From: Octopus vulgaris
Taxonomy: Eukaryota
Direction of reading: 5' to 3'
Assembly (NCBI GenBank): GCA_951406725.2
Contig: OX597814.1
Span: 28,334,001 to 28,398,000 of the forward strand
DNA: 64,000 nt
The notes beneath the pieces are model-generated. The model was given only the letters and a program-made list of their open reading frames with translations. It had not been told where the DNA came from and searched no databases. The translations under genes were made by a program, and so were the position numbers. This document shows, piece by piece, positions 39,081 through 53,029 of the stretch. Position 1 is the first letter of the stretch. Each line of letters starts with the position of its first letter.

Positions 39081-39647
39081 GTGGTGATGATGGTGATGAT
39101 GATGGTGATGAAGACGATGATGATGATGATGATGATGATGATTAGGAGGGATGGGGGCGACGACGGTGGCGATTTGTGGTGGTAGTGGTGACAATGAATA
39201 TATTATTCGCACATACACACACAAACACACACACACATGCATATACTTTCAGAGACGATATAAATATACACCCTCCATACATACATACATACATACATGC
39301 ACGCATTTTTATATATATGTGTGTGCTTCTATTTATGTATACGAATGCGGCCAAAAGTATGCGTATAGGGATGGAAAGATTGTGTTAGGGGTTGGTGCTT
39401 AGCATGTATTGGATGTGTGTTAGTGTGTGTAGAAGGGGTGAGGATGAGGAAGGACGTAGAAAAGCAGATGGGTGGAGAATTTTGAAGAGAAAGAGTTGGA
39501 GAATGAGAGAGAGAGATGGGGGGGCAATAGCGGGAGGTTAACTTTATGTTATTTCTCTCTCTCTCTCACTCTCACTCACTCTCGGGACATCTCCACCTTC
39601 TACTCCTGTCTCCCCTTCTCCCATTCCCCTCTTTCTCGCCTTGCCAC

Positions 39648-39689
<42 letters not shown>

Positions 39690-40558
39690 ATCATCTACCT
39701 CCTCTGCATCCCGATCTCCACGACTGTCGTCGACAGGAACTTTTCTTGTGTCTTTTTTTTACTTCTTTTCTATCTTTTTGTTATCCCACTCCTCACCCCC
39801 CTTCACGCACCCTGCACAATCACCAGCGAGACGTCGCCGATATCGTCGTCATCATCATCATCATCAGCAGCAGCAGCAGCAGCATCATCATCGTCGTCAT
39901 CGTCATCATTGCCACTACTACAATTGCCTCTCCCTCCCTCTGTCCCTCCCTCCCTCCCTCCCTCCATCATCATCATCGTCATCATTATTACCACTACCGC
40001 CATTGCCCCTCCCTCTCAATCATCATCGTCGCCATCATCTTGAACACTACTATTGTCATCCGTCTCCCTTGTCCTATTTACCATAATCAAACATCATAAT
40101 TTCCAAATAATTAAATAAATAAATGCATAAAAAAATATCGCATGTTCAGAGAATGAACAACACCCATGACCGTTTTTAGACTGGTGGGAGGAAGGGGAGA
40201 AGATATCCTCAAACCGGAGACTCTGCTAAAGACACCCAAGGACCGGGTGGTGTGTGGTGGTGTTACACCAAGAGATGGATTAAGCTTATCTTTCAAGAAG
40301 TGTGCTAGTCTCTCAAATGAGCTTCCGCAATAGGTCTTGTGAAGCAAATTTTACAACTTTGATCGTCTTGAAGTGTTTTTGTGGAAAGCACCTGCCGAAG
40401 GTTCCACGCAGTGGGCTGGAACCCGAAACCACGTAGTTGCACCATTAGGCAAAATAAGCATGAGCTTAGGACATCAAAAGAAGGTAGTAAGGTGGGGGAT
40501 GACCACAGAAATAGTAAATGATTTACGGCACAAAAGAAATAACTTTAAACTTGCAAAA

Positions 40559-40878
40559 ATAATATTGAAAGTATGATCAACCCGCCGAGGTCGACTTTGC
40601 CTTTCATCCTTTCGGGGTCGATAAATTAAGTACCAGTTGCGTACTGGGATCGCTCTAATCGACTGGCCCTTATCACCAAAATTTCGGGACTTGTACCTAG
40701 AGTAGAAAATAATATTGAAAGTATGATCAACCCGCCGAGGTCGACTTTGCCTTTCATCCTTTCGGGGTCGATAAATTGAGTACCAGTTGCGTACTGGGAT
40801 CGCTCTAATCGACTGGCCCTTACCACCAAAATTTCGGGACTTGTACCTAGAGTAGAAAAGAATATTGAAAGTATGATC
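40559..40878 (+). repeat. 150-bp tandem duplication of a family C SINE 3' part
   Basis: aatattgaaagtatgatc recurs at 40561, 40711 and 40861. Confidence 0.9.
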
Positions 40879-40946
40879 GGAAATATATATTATTTCCCAT
40901 TTTACTATTTGTTTTTGTTTCATCTTGAAAAGTAAAAATTTATTTA

Positions 40947-41113
40947 TAGGCGCAGGAGTGGCTGTGTGGTAAGTAGCTTGCTAACCAACCACATGGTTCT
41001 GGGTTCATTCCCACTGCGTGGCATCTTGGGCAAGTGTCTTCTGTTATAGCCTTAGGTCAACCAAAACCTTGTGAGTGGATTTGGCAGACGGAAACTGAAA
41101 GAAGCCTGTCGTA

Positions 41114-41152
<39 letters not shown>

Positions 41153-41442
41153 GGCGGTGCCCCAGCATGGCCACAGCTCATAGGCTGGAACTGGAATCAA
41201 TCAATCATATGTGTGTGTGTGTGTGTGTGTTTGTGTGTCTGTGTTTGTCCCCCTAGCATTGCTTAACAACCGATGCTGGTGTGTCTACGTCCCCGCCACT
41301 TAGCGGTTCGGCAAAAGAGACCGATAGAATAAGTACTGGGCTTACAAAGAATAAGTTCCGGGGTCGATTTGATCGACTAAAGGCGGTGCTCCAGCATGGC
41401 CGCAGTCAAATGACTGAAACAAGTAAAAAAGTAAAAGAGTAA
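40947..41442 (+). mobile_element. Family B SINE with a short LINE-tail insert (~41151-41207)
   Basis: Insert atggcggtgccccagcatggccacagctc matches the 28.9-kb LINE 3' UTR. Confidence 0.88.
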
Positions 41443-41810
41443 GAGGTTTATTATTATTATGTATATTTGGAATTGCATATATATGGGGGGGGGTACCAAA
41501 ACCTAGTAAGTGCTTAGATTCTCTATAGGTCTTTACCCGATCCTTAGTTGCCACTTGCGCCCGTTTTGCAGTATTAGACCGTATTTTGTTAATCCGGCTG
41601 ATGGGCGCCTTTTCTTCCCATCCTTTCGGAATCGATAAATTAAAGTAGGAATCCAGAACTGGAGTTGATGTAACCAACTAACGCCTCCTCTGTAAATTGT
41701 TGGTCTTGTGCCTAGATTGAAGACAATTATCATAACACCCTTCATTCGCAAACGACCACCCCACTATCACAATCTCATACACACAGAGCCGGGTAGATAT
41801 ACATATCAGT

Positions 41811-43012
41811 AATCCTTTCTACTATAGGCACAAGGCCTGAAATTTGGGGGAGGGGGCTAGTCGATTAGATCGACCTCAGTGTATTACTGGTACTTATTTT
41901 ATCGACCCGGAAAGGATGAAATGGAAAGTCGACCTCGGCGGAATATGAACTCAGAACTTAAAGAGAGACGAAATACCTATTTCTATTTCTTTACTACCCA
42001 CAAGGGGCTAATGACAGAGAGGACAAACAAGGACAGACAAACGGATTAAGTCGATTATATCGACCCCGGTGCGTAACTAGTACTTACTTTATCGACCCCG
42101 AAAAGATGAAAAGTAAAGTCGACCTCGGCAGAATTTGAACTCAGAACGTAGCGACGGGCGAAATACCTATTTCTTTACTACCCACAAAGGGTTAAACACA
42201 GAGAGGATAAACAAGGACAGACAAACGGATTAAGTCGATTATATCGACCCCAGTGCGTAACTAGCACTTAGTTAATCGACCCCGAAAGGATGAAAGGCAA
42301 AGTCGACCGCGGCGGAATTTGAACTCAGACGAAATACCTATTTCTTTACTACCCACAAGGGGCTAAACACAGAGAGGACAAACAAGGACAGACAAACGGA
42401 TTAAGTCGATTACATTGACCCCCAGTGCGTAACTGGTACTTATTTTATCGACCCCGAAAGGATGAAAGGCAAAGTCGACCTCGGCGGAATTTGAACTCAG
42501 AACGTAACGGCAGACGAAATACCGCTCGGCATTTCGCCCGGCGTGCTAACGTTTCTGCCAGCTCGCCGCCTTAGATATGCAAATCAGTAATCCTTTCTAC
42601 TCTAGGCACAAGGGCCGAAATTTGTGGGGAGGGGGCCAGTCAGTTAGATCGATCCCAGTACACAAGTGATAGTTAATTTAAAGGCCCCGAAAGGATGAAA
42701 GGCAAAGTCGACCTCGGCGGAATTTGAACGCAGAACATAAAGACAGACGAAATACTGCTATGCATTTCGCCAGGCACGCTAACGTTTCTTATTTCTTTAT
42801 TGCCCACAAAGAGCTAAACATAGAGGGGACAAACAAGGATAGATTAAGGGATTAAATCGATTACATCGACTCCAGTGCGTAACTGGCACTTAATTTATCG
42901 ATCACGAAAGGATGAAAGGCAAAGTCGACCTCGGCGGAATTTGAACTCAGAACTTAAAGAGAGACGAAATACCTATTTCTTTACTACTAACGTTTCTGCC
43001 AGCTCGCTGCCT
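41811..43012 (-). mobile_element. Multimeric array of family C SINE modules
   Basis: About six copies of gaaaggatgaaaggcaaagtcgacctcggcggaatttgaactcag. Confidence 0.9.
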
Positions 43013-43949
43013 TCTTCTCAATAGTTAACCGTCATTCGTAGAGTGTTGGAGATTAAACGCTGGGATAATATAATAAGATTGACAGACTTCTTTTTACTCC
43101 TTAACAATTGGGGTTACGATCAAGGTCCTACGTGAATAGTATTCAACTTCGAAGTTAAAAGGGTTAGTAGGTTTCCAAAACGAAAGCATTTAAGTCAGTC
43201 AAGTTTTAAGTCTTCCAGCATACCTCAAGATAATCAAACTATAAGATATTTTCTCCCTTTCCCTCTACCAACCTTTCTCACTTTCTATATCTATATTTCT
43301 CTGCTTGATTTCTCCAAACAATTCCGCTTTCTGTTGCCTTTTGAACCCTATTTGAAGAATTGAATATTATTTTTGCTCCACAGAACTATTTTTGCCCTAA
43401 AGCCTACATTTTAACGACACCTAATTCCATTTATCAGTTAGTAGACACCAACTTGTCAAATTCAAAAGTTATTGATCTATCTTTTTGTTTTTACTTTGTC
43501 AACATAGTAACTTAACGTATTATTTTCAGTATTGTGCAAATAAATATATTGTTTCTACCCTCAAGCATAACGCATCGCACACAAACATACACGTACACAG
43601 ATATTCGCATCCGTATGCACACTCATACAAGTACACATTCATACAAACACATATGTGCAAAACTATCTCCTGTCTTCACGATATGGATTTCTTTTAAGTA
43701 GACATCAAACTTTTATAAGAGAAACAATGGTAAGATCGAGATGTTCATTCTTCTCTCAAGGATGTTAACAGTTTAAATGGAGTGAAATGATTTCTTCCAA
43801 GAACTGAAACCAAACCAAACCTCGGCTGCAGTTATCTGTGAACACATACGAACCTCGTATCTCACTTCGTGGTTGTTTTAGAGTTATCACATTCATTCAC
43901 TTCTTAAGAAAATATCCATATTCTCTTTTTAGTCTTGCAGCTTCAATAT

Positions 43950-44160
43950 CTATTATCTAAAATCCGTTCTGTCTGTCTGTATGTGTGTGTTCTAGGATCT
44001 CGGGCATCCTCCATCTGATTGCGCTCAAATTTGATATGTAGATACCGACGGTATCAGGGCGTGTATAAGTCTTGAAAAAATTACAAAAATCGATTCCAGT
44101 TGAGAATGCGATCGATAAAGCCGTGGGAACGTGCATTTGTACGCGCAAGTACATCAGTCG
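43950..44160 (+). mobile_element. Possible Helitron-like 5' fragment
   Basis: tctattatctaaaatccgttctgtctgtctgt start and a ctcaaatttgatatg motif. Confidence 0.35.
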
Positions 44161-44199
44161 AAATCCGTCTTTTGCTGGTGTCTCAAATTTAGGTTAAAT

Positions 44200-44259
44200 C
44201 AGTGTTTTTCAAAGGGGAGGCATATAGGACGGTCGGACAAGCTGTTTTGAGAAAATTTG
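44200..44259. mobile_element. Possible miniature hAT-like remnant
   Basis: cagtgtttttcaa...ttgagaaaatttg flanked by ggttaaat / gtttaaat. Confidence 0.3.
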
Positions 44260-44569
44260 GTTTAAATGTTTGACAACTCAGCACCGTCCATTGGACAGGG
44301 GGCGTTTTGCTCGTAATATATATTACCAAATGTTCTAATGCTGACGTAAGCACTACAAACCTTTGTTTAGTGATTCTATAAATGATTTACTAAAAACAGA
44401 TTCAAAACCTTTGATGATTTCATTTTATTTCATGAGTACTAAAGCAGTATAAATAACACGACATGCATTCAATCTGTAATTTTGACATCGTTTCACAAAC
44501 ATTGACAATGGCTGCGGATTTTACGCCAGCCTTAAAACGCTTTGCTAATATCCATTACTTTAAACAAAG

Positions 44570-45030
44570 AAGGCGTGATGGCAGAACAGTTAGCACGCTG
44601 GGTAAAATGCTTAGCGGCATTTTGTCCGTTCTCGGCGTTCTGAGTTCACATTCCGCCGAGGTCAACTTTGCTTTTTATCCTTTCCGGTTCGATAAAATAA
44701 TTACAAGTGAAGCACTGGGGTCACTGTATTCGACTTAACCGCTCCTTCAAAATTGTTGGCCTTGTGCCAAAATCCGAAACCAATATTTATTACATTAAAA
44801 AGTCGGTGAGCTGGCAGAGTCGTAAGCACGCCGGGCAAAATGCTTAGCAACATTTCCTCCGTCTTTACATTCTGTGTTCAAATTCCGCCGAAGTCGATTT
44901 TGCTTTTTATCCTTTCAAGATCGATAAAATAAGTACCAGCTTAACACTGGGGTCGATGTAATCGACTTACCTCCCCCATTCACGAAATTGCTGGCCTTGT
45001 ACCAAAAATTGAAATCAATATTTATTACAT
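44570..45030 (+). mobile_element. Two diverged family C SINEs in tandem
   Basis: Heads at ~44570 and ~44800, with a duplicated flank caatatttattacattaaaa. Confidence 0.82.
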
Positions 45031-45165
45031 TAAAAGCAAGAAGCCTAAAACGAACTGATAAGTAGTCTAGAATATTCCAACGTTGGACAAGATTGTTAGG
45101 GTGTATGTTGTCCTGATCATCACAAGGATTCAGAATTCGCGTCCTATCTCTTACTAAGGCGCTTA

Positions 45166-45551
45166 TCTTTATATATAAAAGTAAGGTTGTGTGTCTGTCT
45201 ACTCCGATTTAGATTCCTAACTACTCCCACATTTTGCGGTGCAGTTTAACCAAAACCGGGTATCTTATAGTCGTGATTCATATCGAGCCCTTCTGGGTAT
45301 TAGCGCGCGTCTACGATGAGTCTACGATTTTAAAAATAATTTACCATCATTTTTTCCATTTTAATGCATATTTGTTTAAAGGGAAGTAACTCTCTAAAAA
45401 TATCTACGATGAGTCAACGATTTAAAAAAAATTTACCATCATATTTTTTCCATTTTTAATGCATTTTTGCTATTTTTTGGCTATAACTCTCTAAAAATGC
45501 TTTATAGTTATTTCCCTTACAAATCCAAGCAACGCCGGGCGATACTGCTAG
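45166..45551 (+). mobile_element. Non-autonomous Helitron
   Basis: A|TC...CTAG|T. Copy of 1878-2274. Confidence 0.88.
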
Positions 45552-46299
45552 TAACTCATATATTTATGTCTATCTAACTAGAATTACGCTGCATTGGGTG
45601 GGTACAGTTTCACATTCCAAGTAGACATGGCTCTGCCGCGAAAAATAGCCAGCGACACAAGCTGTTGTAACCTGTGTTGCAGGAGCTCGTTAATACGTAC
45701 TAAAGTTCAGAATTAAGTAGTAAAATTTAGTTGTTTCAATTATTTGTATTTACAGGCTAAAATACGTAACTATCTTTTTTTCTTAACACATTGTTTTTCT
45801 CCCTTTTTAAACATTGTTATCCTCATTAAGTATTCGGATAGACTATCTCTGGGAATTTGTTCTAATTCTCTGCATCCCGAGTTCAAATCTCACCGAGGTT
45901 ACCTTTGTCTTTCATCTTCCTGAATCAACTAAAAGAAGAAAAGAAAAACATTACCAATAAAGAGGGTTAATTAACTGAAGTGTAAGAACATCGTTACTCG
46001 ATGTTTTGCACTATTTATTCCAGCTCTTTGAGTTCTGAGTTCAGATCCAACCATGACCTACTTCGGTGGTAGGTTTAATCACTTACCGATTTCACACCAC
46101 TAACTGGTTGTTATAGGGCCTTTAGTCCGTCCATTTTGTTGCAAGCATTATGTCCTTGTCTTTGGTTTGAGGATAATTCCTTCCCTCGCAACCTCTTCAG
46201 AGATCTTGTAAAGGCTCATGACTAAAAGACGAAATTATAAATAAATAGGCGCAGGCGTAGCTTGTAGGGTTAGGCGTGGCTTTATTGGCTCTGATGTTG

Positions 46300-46712
46300 C
46301 TGCATGGTAAGAAGTTTGTTTCCCAACCACATGGTTCTAGGTGCAGATCCACTGTGTAACACCTTGGTCAACTGTCTTCTACTATAGCCTCGGGCAGACC
46401 AAAGCCTTGTGGGTGGATTTGCTGGACGGAAATTGAAAGAAGCCCGTCGTATATATGTATATATGTGTATGTGTTTGTGGATGTGTGTGTATATGTGTGT
46501 TTGTGTGCGTGTTTGTCCCCCACTTCTGCTTGACAACCGGTGTTGGTGTGTTTACGCCCCCGTCACTTAGTGGTTCGGCAAAAGATTTTGATATAATAAG
46601 TACCAAGCTGAAAATAAAAATGAAGTCAATTTGTTTGACTAGAATTCTTCAAGACTGTGCACCAGCATGGCCACAGTTTGGTGATTGAAACCAGCGAAAT
46701 GTAAAAGATAAA
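46300..46712 (+). mobile_element. Family B SINE, diverged
   Basis: Head, CORE-like segment and tail are recognisable. Confidence 0.8.
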
Positions 46713-47013
46713 ACAAAATGAAGAAAAGGTGATCAAATATTTTTCTTTGATCTAAAGTGTGCCGCAAAGATAAAAAAAACTCTTTTGGAAACCACTGAAC
46801 TGTAGTATATCTTGTGAAATGAAGGAACTAATTAGCATCATATTCTTTCTTTGCCTGCCTCGAATCTATAGCCTCATGAAGCCAGAGCCTGTCCGGGTTC
46901 TCAAGGGGCTTACGCTGAGAATACAGGACTCCCCACTACAAAGGATAACAGTCTATCGCCATACTTCAAATTCCACCGATGACAACTCTGCCTTTGAGTT
47001 AACTCATTCTTTC

Positions 47014-47163
47014 TAGGAGTGGCTGTGTGGTAAGTAGCTTGCTTACCAACAACATGACTCCGGGTTCAGTCCCACTGCGTGGCACCTTGGGTAAGTGTCT
47101 TCTACTATAGCCTTGTGTGTTGATTTGGTTGACGGAAACTGAAAGAAGCCCGTCGTATATATG

Positions 47164-47199
<36 letters not shown>

Positions 47200-47341
47200 C
47201 GTTTGTGTGTCTGTGTTTGTTCCAACATCGCTTTACAACCGATGCTGGTGTGTTTACGTCCCCCGTAACTTAGCGGTTCGGCAAAAGAGACCGATAGAAT
47301 AAGTACTAGGGTTACAAAGTCCTGGGGTCGATTTGCTCGAT
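47014..47341 (+). mobile_element. Family B SINE, 3'-truncated
   Basis: aggagtggctgtgtggtaag head. Confidence 0.88.
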
Positions 47342-47540
47342 ACAGCTCTGACTTCCTGAAAAATCCGCATTTTGTATATTCACTGTGAGTCTACCTCCGT
47401 GGGTCAACTTGAAATGGAACCTCGTATTTCCCGATTCGATCTATCCAACGTCTTGGTTGCAGTGTCGTGTTGACCGTAGAGAGAGTAGCAATTTCAGGAT
47501 CATGATGGAACTCTGTGATTCTGTCTGTAATTGTGACGAT

Positions 47541-47929
47541 AGTGGAGGCGCAATGGCCCAGTGGTTAGGGCAGCGGACTCGCGGTCGTAGGATCGCAGTT
47601 TCGATTCCCAGACCGGACGTTGTGAGTGTTTATTGAGCGAAAACACTTAAAGCTACACGAGGCTCCGGCAGGGGATGGTGGTGATCCCTGCTGTACTCTT
47701 TCACCACAACTTTCTCTCACTCTTACTTCCTGTTTCTGTTGTACCTGTATTTCAAAGGGCCGGCCTTGTCACTCTCTGTGTTACGCTGAATATCCCCGAG
47801 AACTACGTTAAGGGTACACGTGTCTGTGGAGTGCTCAGCCACTTGCGCGTTAATTTCACGAGCAGGCTGTTCCGTTGATCGGATCAATCGGAACCCTCGT
47901 CGTCGTAACCGACGGAGTGCTTCCACTCC
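47541..47929 (+). mobile_element. SINE, head A + tail 1
   Basis: 12-bp TSD aattgtgacgat at 47529-40 and 47930-41. Confidence 0.92.
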
Positions 47930-48169
47930 AATTGTGACGATGGAAACTGAATCAATGACTTGATTGGAAGACTGTACTGTCTGATCAATGCCCCAACCAG
48001 CCGCATCTGAGCCGCTTTGAATTGAGAAGGTTACTGCTTCAAAACTGTTTTCAATTTAATCAAATAACCATGCCTCATTAATTTGCCGGCCTCGTACCTG
48101 AATTAGAAATTGTTTTGGTAATAGAATATCTTGATCGCCGAAATATAATCTTTTCTGTACTTGTAAGTT

Positions 48170-48577
48170 TACTCTTACTCTTTTACTTGTTTCAGTCATT
48201 TGACTGCGGCCGTGCTGGAGTACCGCCGTTAGTCGAGCAAATCGACCCCGGGACTTATTCTTTGTAAGTCCAGTACTTATTCATCGGTCTCTTTTGCCGA
48301 ACCGCTAAGTGACGGGGACGTAAACACACCAGCATCGGTTGTCAAGCAATGCTAGGGGGACAAACACACACACACAAACACACACACATACACATGTATA
48401 CATATATATATACGACAGGCTTCTTTCAGTTTCCGTCTACCAAATCCACTCACAAGGCTTTGGTCGGCCTGGGGCTATAGCAGAAGACATTTTCCCAAGA
48501 TGCCACGCAGTGGGACTGAACCCGGAAACATGTGGTTGGTTAGCAAGCTACGTACCACACAGCCACTCCTGCGCCTA
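48170..48577 (-). mobile_element. Family B SINE
   Basis: Full reverse-complement copy. Confidence 0.92.
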
Positions 48578-50534
48578 TTTTGAACAATATTTTTTTTTTT
48601 TGTTTATCTTTTGCTTGTTTATCTTTTGAATTAAGATACCAGAATATATCTACCAGTGAGACCATTTCCAAAGTGTTCTTTTACCAAATGTTTGCAGCAA
48701 TTACTATTATAAAAGGCTGGCAGAATCATTAAGGCGCCGGGTGCTACTGGAACTTAGTTTCTGCTGAGTATAGCGGAACAACATGAAATGAAGTGTGTTG
48801 TTCGGACCGACCGGTCCGAGAATCGAACCATTAACCTAACGATCGTGAACCCAATACCTTTAACCATAAGGCTGGTATCTTTACCATAAAGCAAACTGAC
48901 TTGTTCAAAATACACTATAGTTTTTAGATGATGCCCATACAGTACTTAGCCGTCAATGGAACTCCTTTCGTGATTCAAGAATTTTCTTTTAAACCTACCT
49001 TGAGGATCATTTTGGATGAAACGAATTTCAATGAAATAGGTATACGAAAAGATTTTGTAGCACATTGTATTCTTGAATGCCTGATCATAAACTCTTCATT
49101 AATCCTTAGCAATACCTTTACACACCCTCCTTAATATATATATATATACTCACCACAAATTGTGTGTGTTTAATATCTTTGCCGCTAATGTTTACTATTG
49201 TCTTTGTAACACCTGTATCAAACAATGAATCAACAGAGGTCGTTTCACACACCTGTGCTATTGACTTTAACAATGAATTTGTCTCCATTTCAATAAATAC
49301 AACTGAGTTTTAATAAAATAGTCATTTTAATCCTAACACCATCTGCATTGCTGTCTTAACTAAAGATTTTAATCAAATACTGCAGAACATGTAAAAGTTT
49401 GTTTGGCCGTAAAATTGTTTTACCTACACAATAATTGTACACGAGTCAACGAAGGTGCCTTTTCGTCGTCACGCGACTTGCTAGAAATAACAGTCAAATT
49501 TCCTTGAATTATACCCAACGACCACAAAAATGAAGAATGCACTGTCCGATAAAGATAATTTATGTTTATGAGGAAATAAAGATAATAAAAAAGCAACATC
49601 AGAACGTCCTTAATAATAGATCAGGTTCAATTTGGGGTTAATCAACACAACAGTAACAATAACAACATACTGTCCAGTACAACCAGTCGTCACTTACAAG
49701 TGAATATGATTTGACAACAAGCATGATGCTTTCTCTAATTGTTTTAGATGCCTGTGTAGTCGCGAGCGAGCATAGACACTCTCTCGGGCTCCCTCGCCCC
49801 GGCGTGACACCCAGCGTGTGAGGTCGTGACACTTAGCTGAAGGAAGAAACGGTTACACCAGCACCGGTACTTGCTACAGCTGAGTAGAGTACACCAGCGC
49901 AAAATGAAGTGCCTTGCTCAAGGACACATCGCGCCGCCAAATTTAGGAATTGAACCTGCGACCTTAAGGTCATAATCAAAATATTCCTAAGCAATGGGCC
50001 ACACGCTTTCACAACTCCAGGCTATTTTATAATGGTTTCGCCTTTAATTTCAAAGAGTTGCTGCTGAATATTTAGTCCGTCGTGTTTTGTTAAAAGCAAA
50101 ACTAAAATGATAAACTATTCCATTAATCATTGCAAGAATTATAATATTGATTTCAAACTTTGGCACAAGGCCAATAAGTTCGGGGAGGGAGTAAGTCGAG
50201 TACATCGACCCCCACCTCTCAACTGGTACTTATTTTATCGACCCCGAAAGAACGAAAGATAAAATCGGCCTCAGCAGAATATGTAAGAATTATGATATTG
50301 AATTCTTATATACTCACAAGGCCAGAATAAAAAGGGCAATATAAAAGAGACAGTGGATTTAAATTAACCCAAATAATTGACTGGTACTTAATTATATCAA
50401 TTCTGGAGGGATGAAAGGCAAAAATGATCTCGACAGAATTTAAACTTAGAACGTAAAGTGCCGTATCAGTTACAGCCAGACATCTCCGACGTTTTAATGA
50501 TTCTGACAACCTTCTATAACAGTGATTGCATACA

Positions 50535-50933
50535 TCTTTATATATAAAAGTGAAGTTGTGTGTCTGTCTCCTACGATTTAGATTCCTAACTACTCCCACA
50601 TTTTGCGGTGCAGATTAACCAAAACCGGGTATCTTATAGTCGTGATTCATATCGAGCCCTTCTGGGTATTAGCGCGCATCTACGATGAGTCTACGATTTA
50701 AAAAATAATTTAACATAATTTTTTTTCCCATTTTAATGCATTTTTCGCTATTATATAAGGGAAGTAACTCTCTAAAAATGTCTACGATGAGTCAACGATT
50801 TAAAAAAAAATTTACCATCATTTTTTTTCCATTTTTAATGCATTTTTTTGCTATTTTTTGGCTACAACTCTCTAAAAATGCTTATATAGTTATTTCCCTT
50901 ACAAACCCGAGCAACGCCGGGCGATACTGCTAC
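50535..50933 (+). mobile_element. Non-autonomous Helitron
   Basis: A|TC start, hairpin cccgagcaacgccggg, CTAC|T end. Confidence 0.87.
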
Positions 50934-50986
50934 TATTTGATAAAAGAACACTATGGAAATGGCCTTACTGATAGGATATATTCTGG

Positions 50987-51163
50987 TATTCTGTTGTGTC
51001 TGGGGAGAGTCATTTTCTTTTTGTGCCTTATAATGTAACACACTCACCGGTAAAATTTCCACTTATTTCTTATTTTCATTTTCCTAAGTGGAAATTTTAC
51101 CGGTGAGTGTGTTACGTTATAAGGCACAGAAAGAAAATGACTCTCCCCAGACACAACAGAATA
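50987..51163. mobile_element. Hairpin MITE (79-bp arms, 19-nt loop, TA ends)
   Basis: 50987-51065 is the near-perfect inverted copy of 51085-51163. Confidence 0.75.
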
Positions 51164-51308
51164 TGCTTCAACACACGAACTCATATAAAGAATCTTGGCA
51201 AACCAAATCCAAGAACGAAATATTCTGGTATCTTAATTCGAAAGATAAAGAGTCTTACACATACAGCAAAGAATTTATTTCGGCGATCAAGAGATTCTAT
51301 AATAATTA

Positions 51309-51432
51309 TTAGGTTGTCCCAAAAGTTCGTAAACTTTTACTCGCCAAGTACTAACAAAAACAACAAAAATTATTCCTCAAAATAAAGACCATTATTTTCC
51401 AAGACTTTCTACGAACTTTTGGGACAACCTTA
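51309..51432. mobile_element. Mariner-type MITE
   Basis: TIR ttaggttgtcccaaaagttcgta / tacgaacttttgggacaacctta, with TA on both sides. Confidence 0.85.
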
Positions 51433-51821
51433 TATTTCTAATTCGGGTACAAAGCCGGCAAATTAATGAGGCATGGTTACCTGATTAAATCGAATACAGT
51501 AATTAGAAAAAAGGAAAAAGCGGACGTCGGCGGAATTTGAACTTGGAACAAATAACATAAAACGTTTTGTCAACAGCTCTAACGATTCTGCCAGTCGACT
51601 ATAGTATCGATTGGGTTACACATCTGAAAAAAGAGGTACTCATTTGGAAATGACTCCTGAAGTTATTTTCCCGTCGTCGGTAGGATTTAGGTTAAGAACA
51701 GAGATGTATCACACGTCACAAGACATTTTTCCCGGCGTTTTTTTTTTATTCTCTGTATTTATATTAACAGCAGTAACATTAGGGGAATTTAACTTTTTTG
51801 ACGTTGTATCACCTGTCATGT

Positions 51822-52080
51822 GGAGGCGCGTGGCTTAGTGGTTAGGGTGTCAGCATCATGATCGTAAGATTGTGGTTTCGATTCCTGGACCGGGCGACGC
51901 GTTGTGTTCTTGAGCAAAACACTTCATTTCACGTTGCTCCAGTCAACTCAGCTGGCAAAAATGAGTAACGCTGCGATTGACTGGCGTCCCGTCCAGCTGG
52001 AGAAACACATACGCCATAGAAACCGGGAAACCGGGCCCATGAGCCCGGCTAGGCTTTAAAAGGGCGCATTTATTTATTAT
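51822..52080 (+). mobile_element. SINE, head D + tail 2
   Basis: gtggcttagtggttagg, ttgtgttcttgagcaaaacactt and gactggcgtcccgtccag tail. Imperfect TSD tatca(c/a)ctgtcat. Confidence 0.88.
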
Positions 52081-52400
52081 TTTATCAACTGTCATAGAAG
52101 AACTCTGGCACTGTTCGTCTTTCGAATATCATGTAATCAGCCTTGATAACAGTTTCCATCAGATACGACGACTCTTTAAAGGTTAAGATTAAGGGACAAT
52201 TTTCAGTCAGCTAAAGTACTGTTTCGCAAGCAAATAAATAACTGGCCCTCCATCGGTTACGACGAGGACTCCAATTGATCCGACCAACGGAACAGTCTGC
52301 GCGTGAAATTAACATGTACCCTTACACAGACACGTGTGTATCCACCCTTAACATATTCTCAGGGAGATTCTGCGTGACATAGAATGTTTATTTGCCATAT

Positions 52401-52732
52401 GTGAGGGCGCGTGGCTTAGTGGTTAGGGCATTCGGCTCATGATCGTAAGGTTGTGAGTTCGATTCCCGGTGACGCGTTGTGTCCTTGAGCAAGACACTTT
52501 ATTTCACGTTGCTCCAGTCCACTCTGCTGGCAAAAATGAGTTGTACTTGTATTTCAAAGGGTCAGCCTTGTCACTCTCTGTGTCACGCTGATTATCCCCG
52601 AGAACTACGTTAAGGGTACACGTGTCTGTGGAATGCTCAGCCATTTGCACGTTAATTTCACGAGCAAGCTGTTCCGTTGATCGTATCAGCTGGGACCCTC
52701 GTCGTCGTAACCGGCGGAGTCTTTTTTAAAAA
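52401..52732 (+). mobile_element. SINE, head D + tail 1
   Basis: TSD atttgccatat at 52390-400 and 52733-43. Confidence 0.9.
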
Positions 52733-53029
52733 ATTTGCCATATAAACGTGATAAACAAATAAATCGATAGCTAACAAGTGTTTCTTAATTTCTCTGAACT
52801 TATGTTCCTCTCTCTTGAAGAATCTCTTGTTCTCCGTCCTCTGTGTTCACTCAATACAGTTGATCCCTACATTTTCCAAGCTCAATATTTATCCATACTA
52901 ATCGACACCAATCCGTACAAACCATGAAGAGGACCTCTTAGTGTTCCGCGACTAGATAGAAATACCTGACAAATTTCCGATCAATCATAACTTCTATTCT
53001 TTATTAAGCGTCCCTTGTTGCACCGCACG

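Noticed and set aside
39472-40099. Overlapping 150-200 aa ORFs
   Set aside because: Built from CT, CA, CAT and CAG simple repeats, with no recognisable domain.
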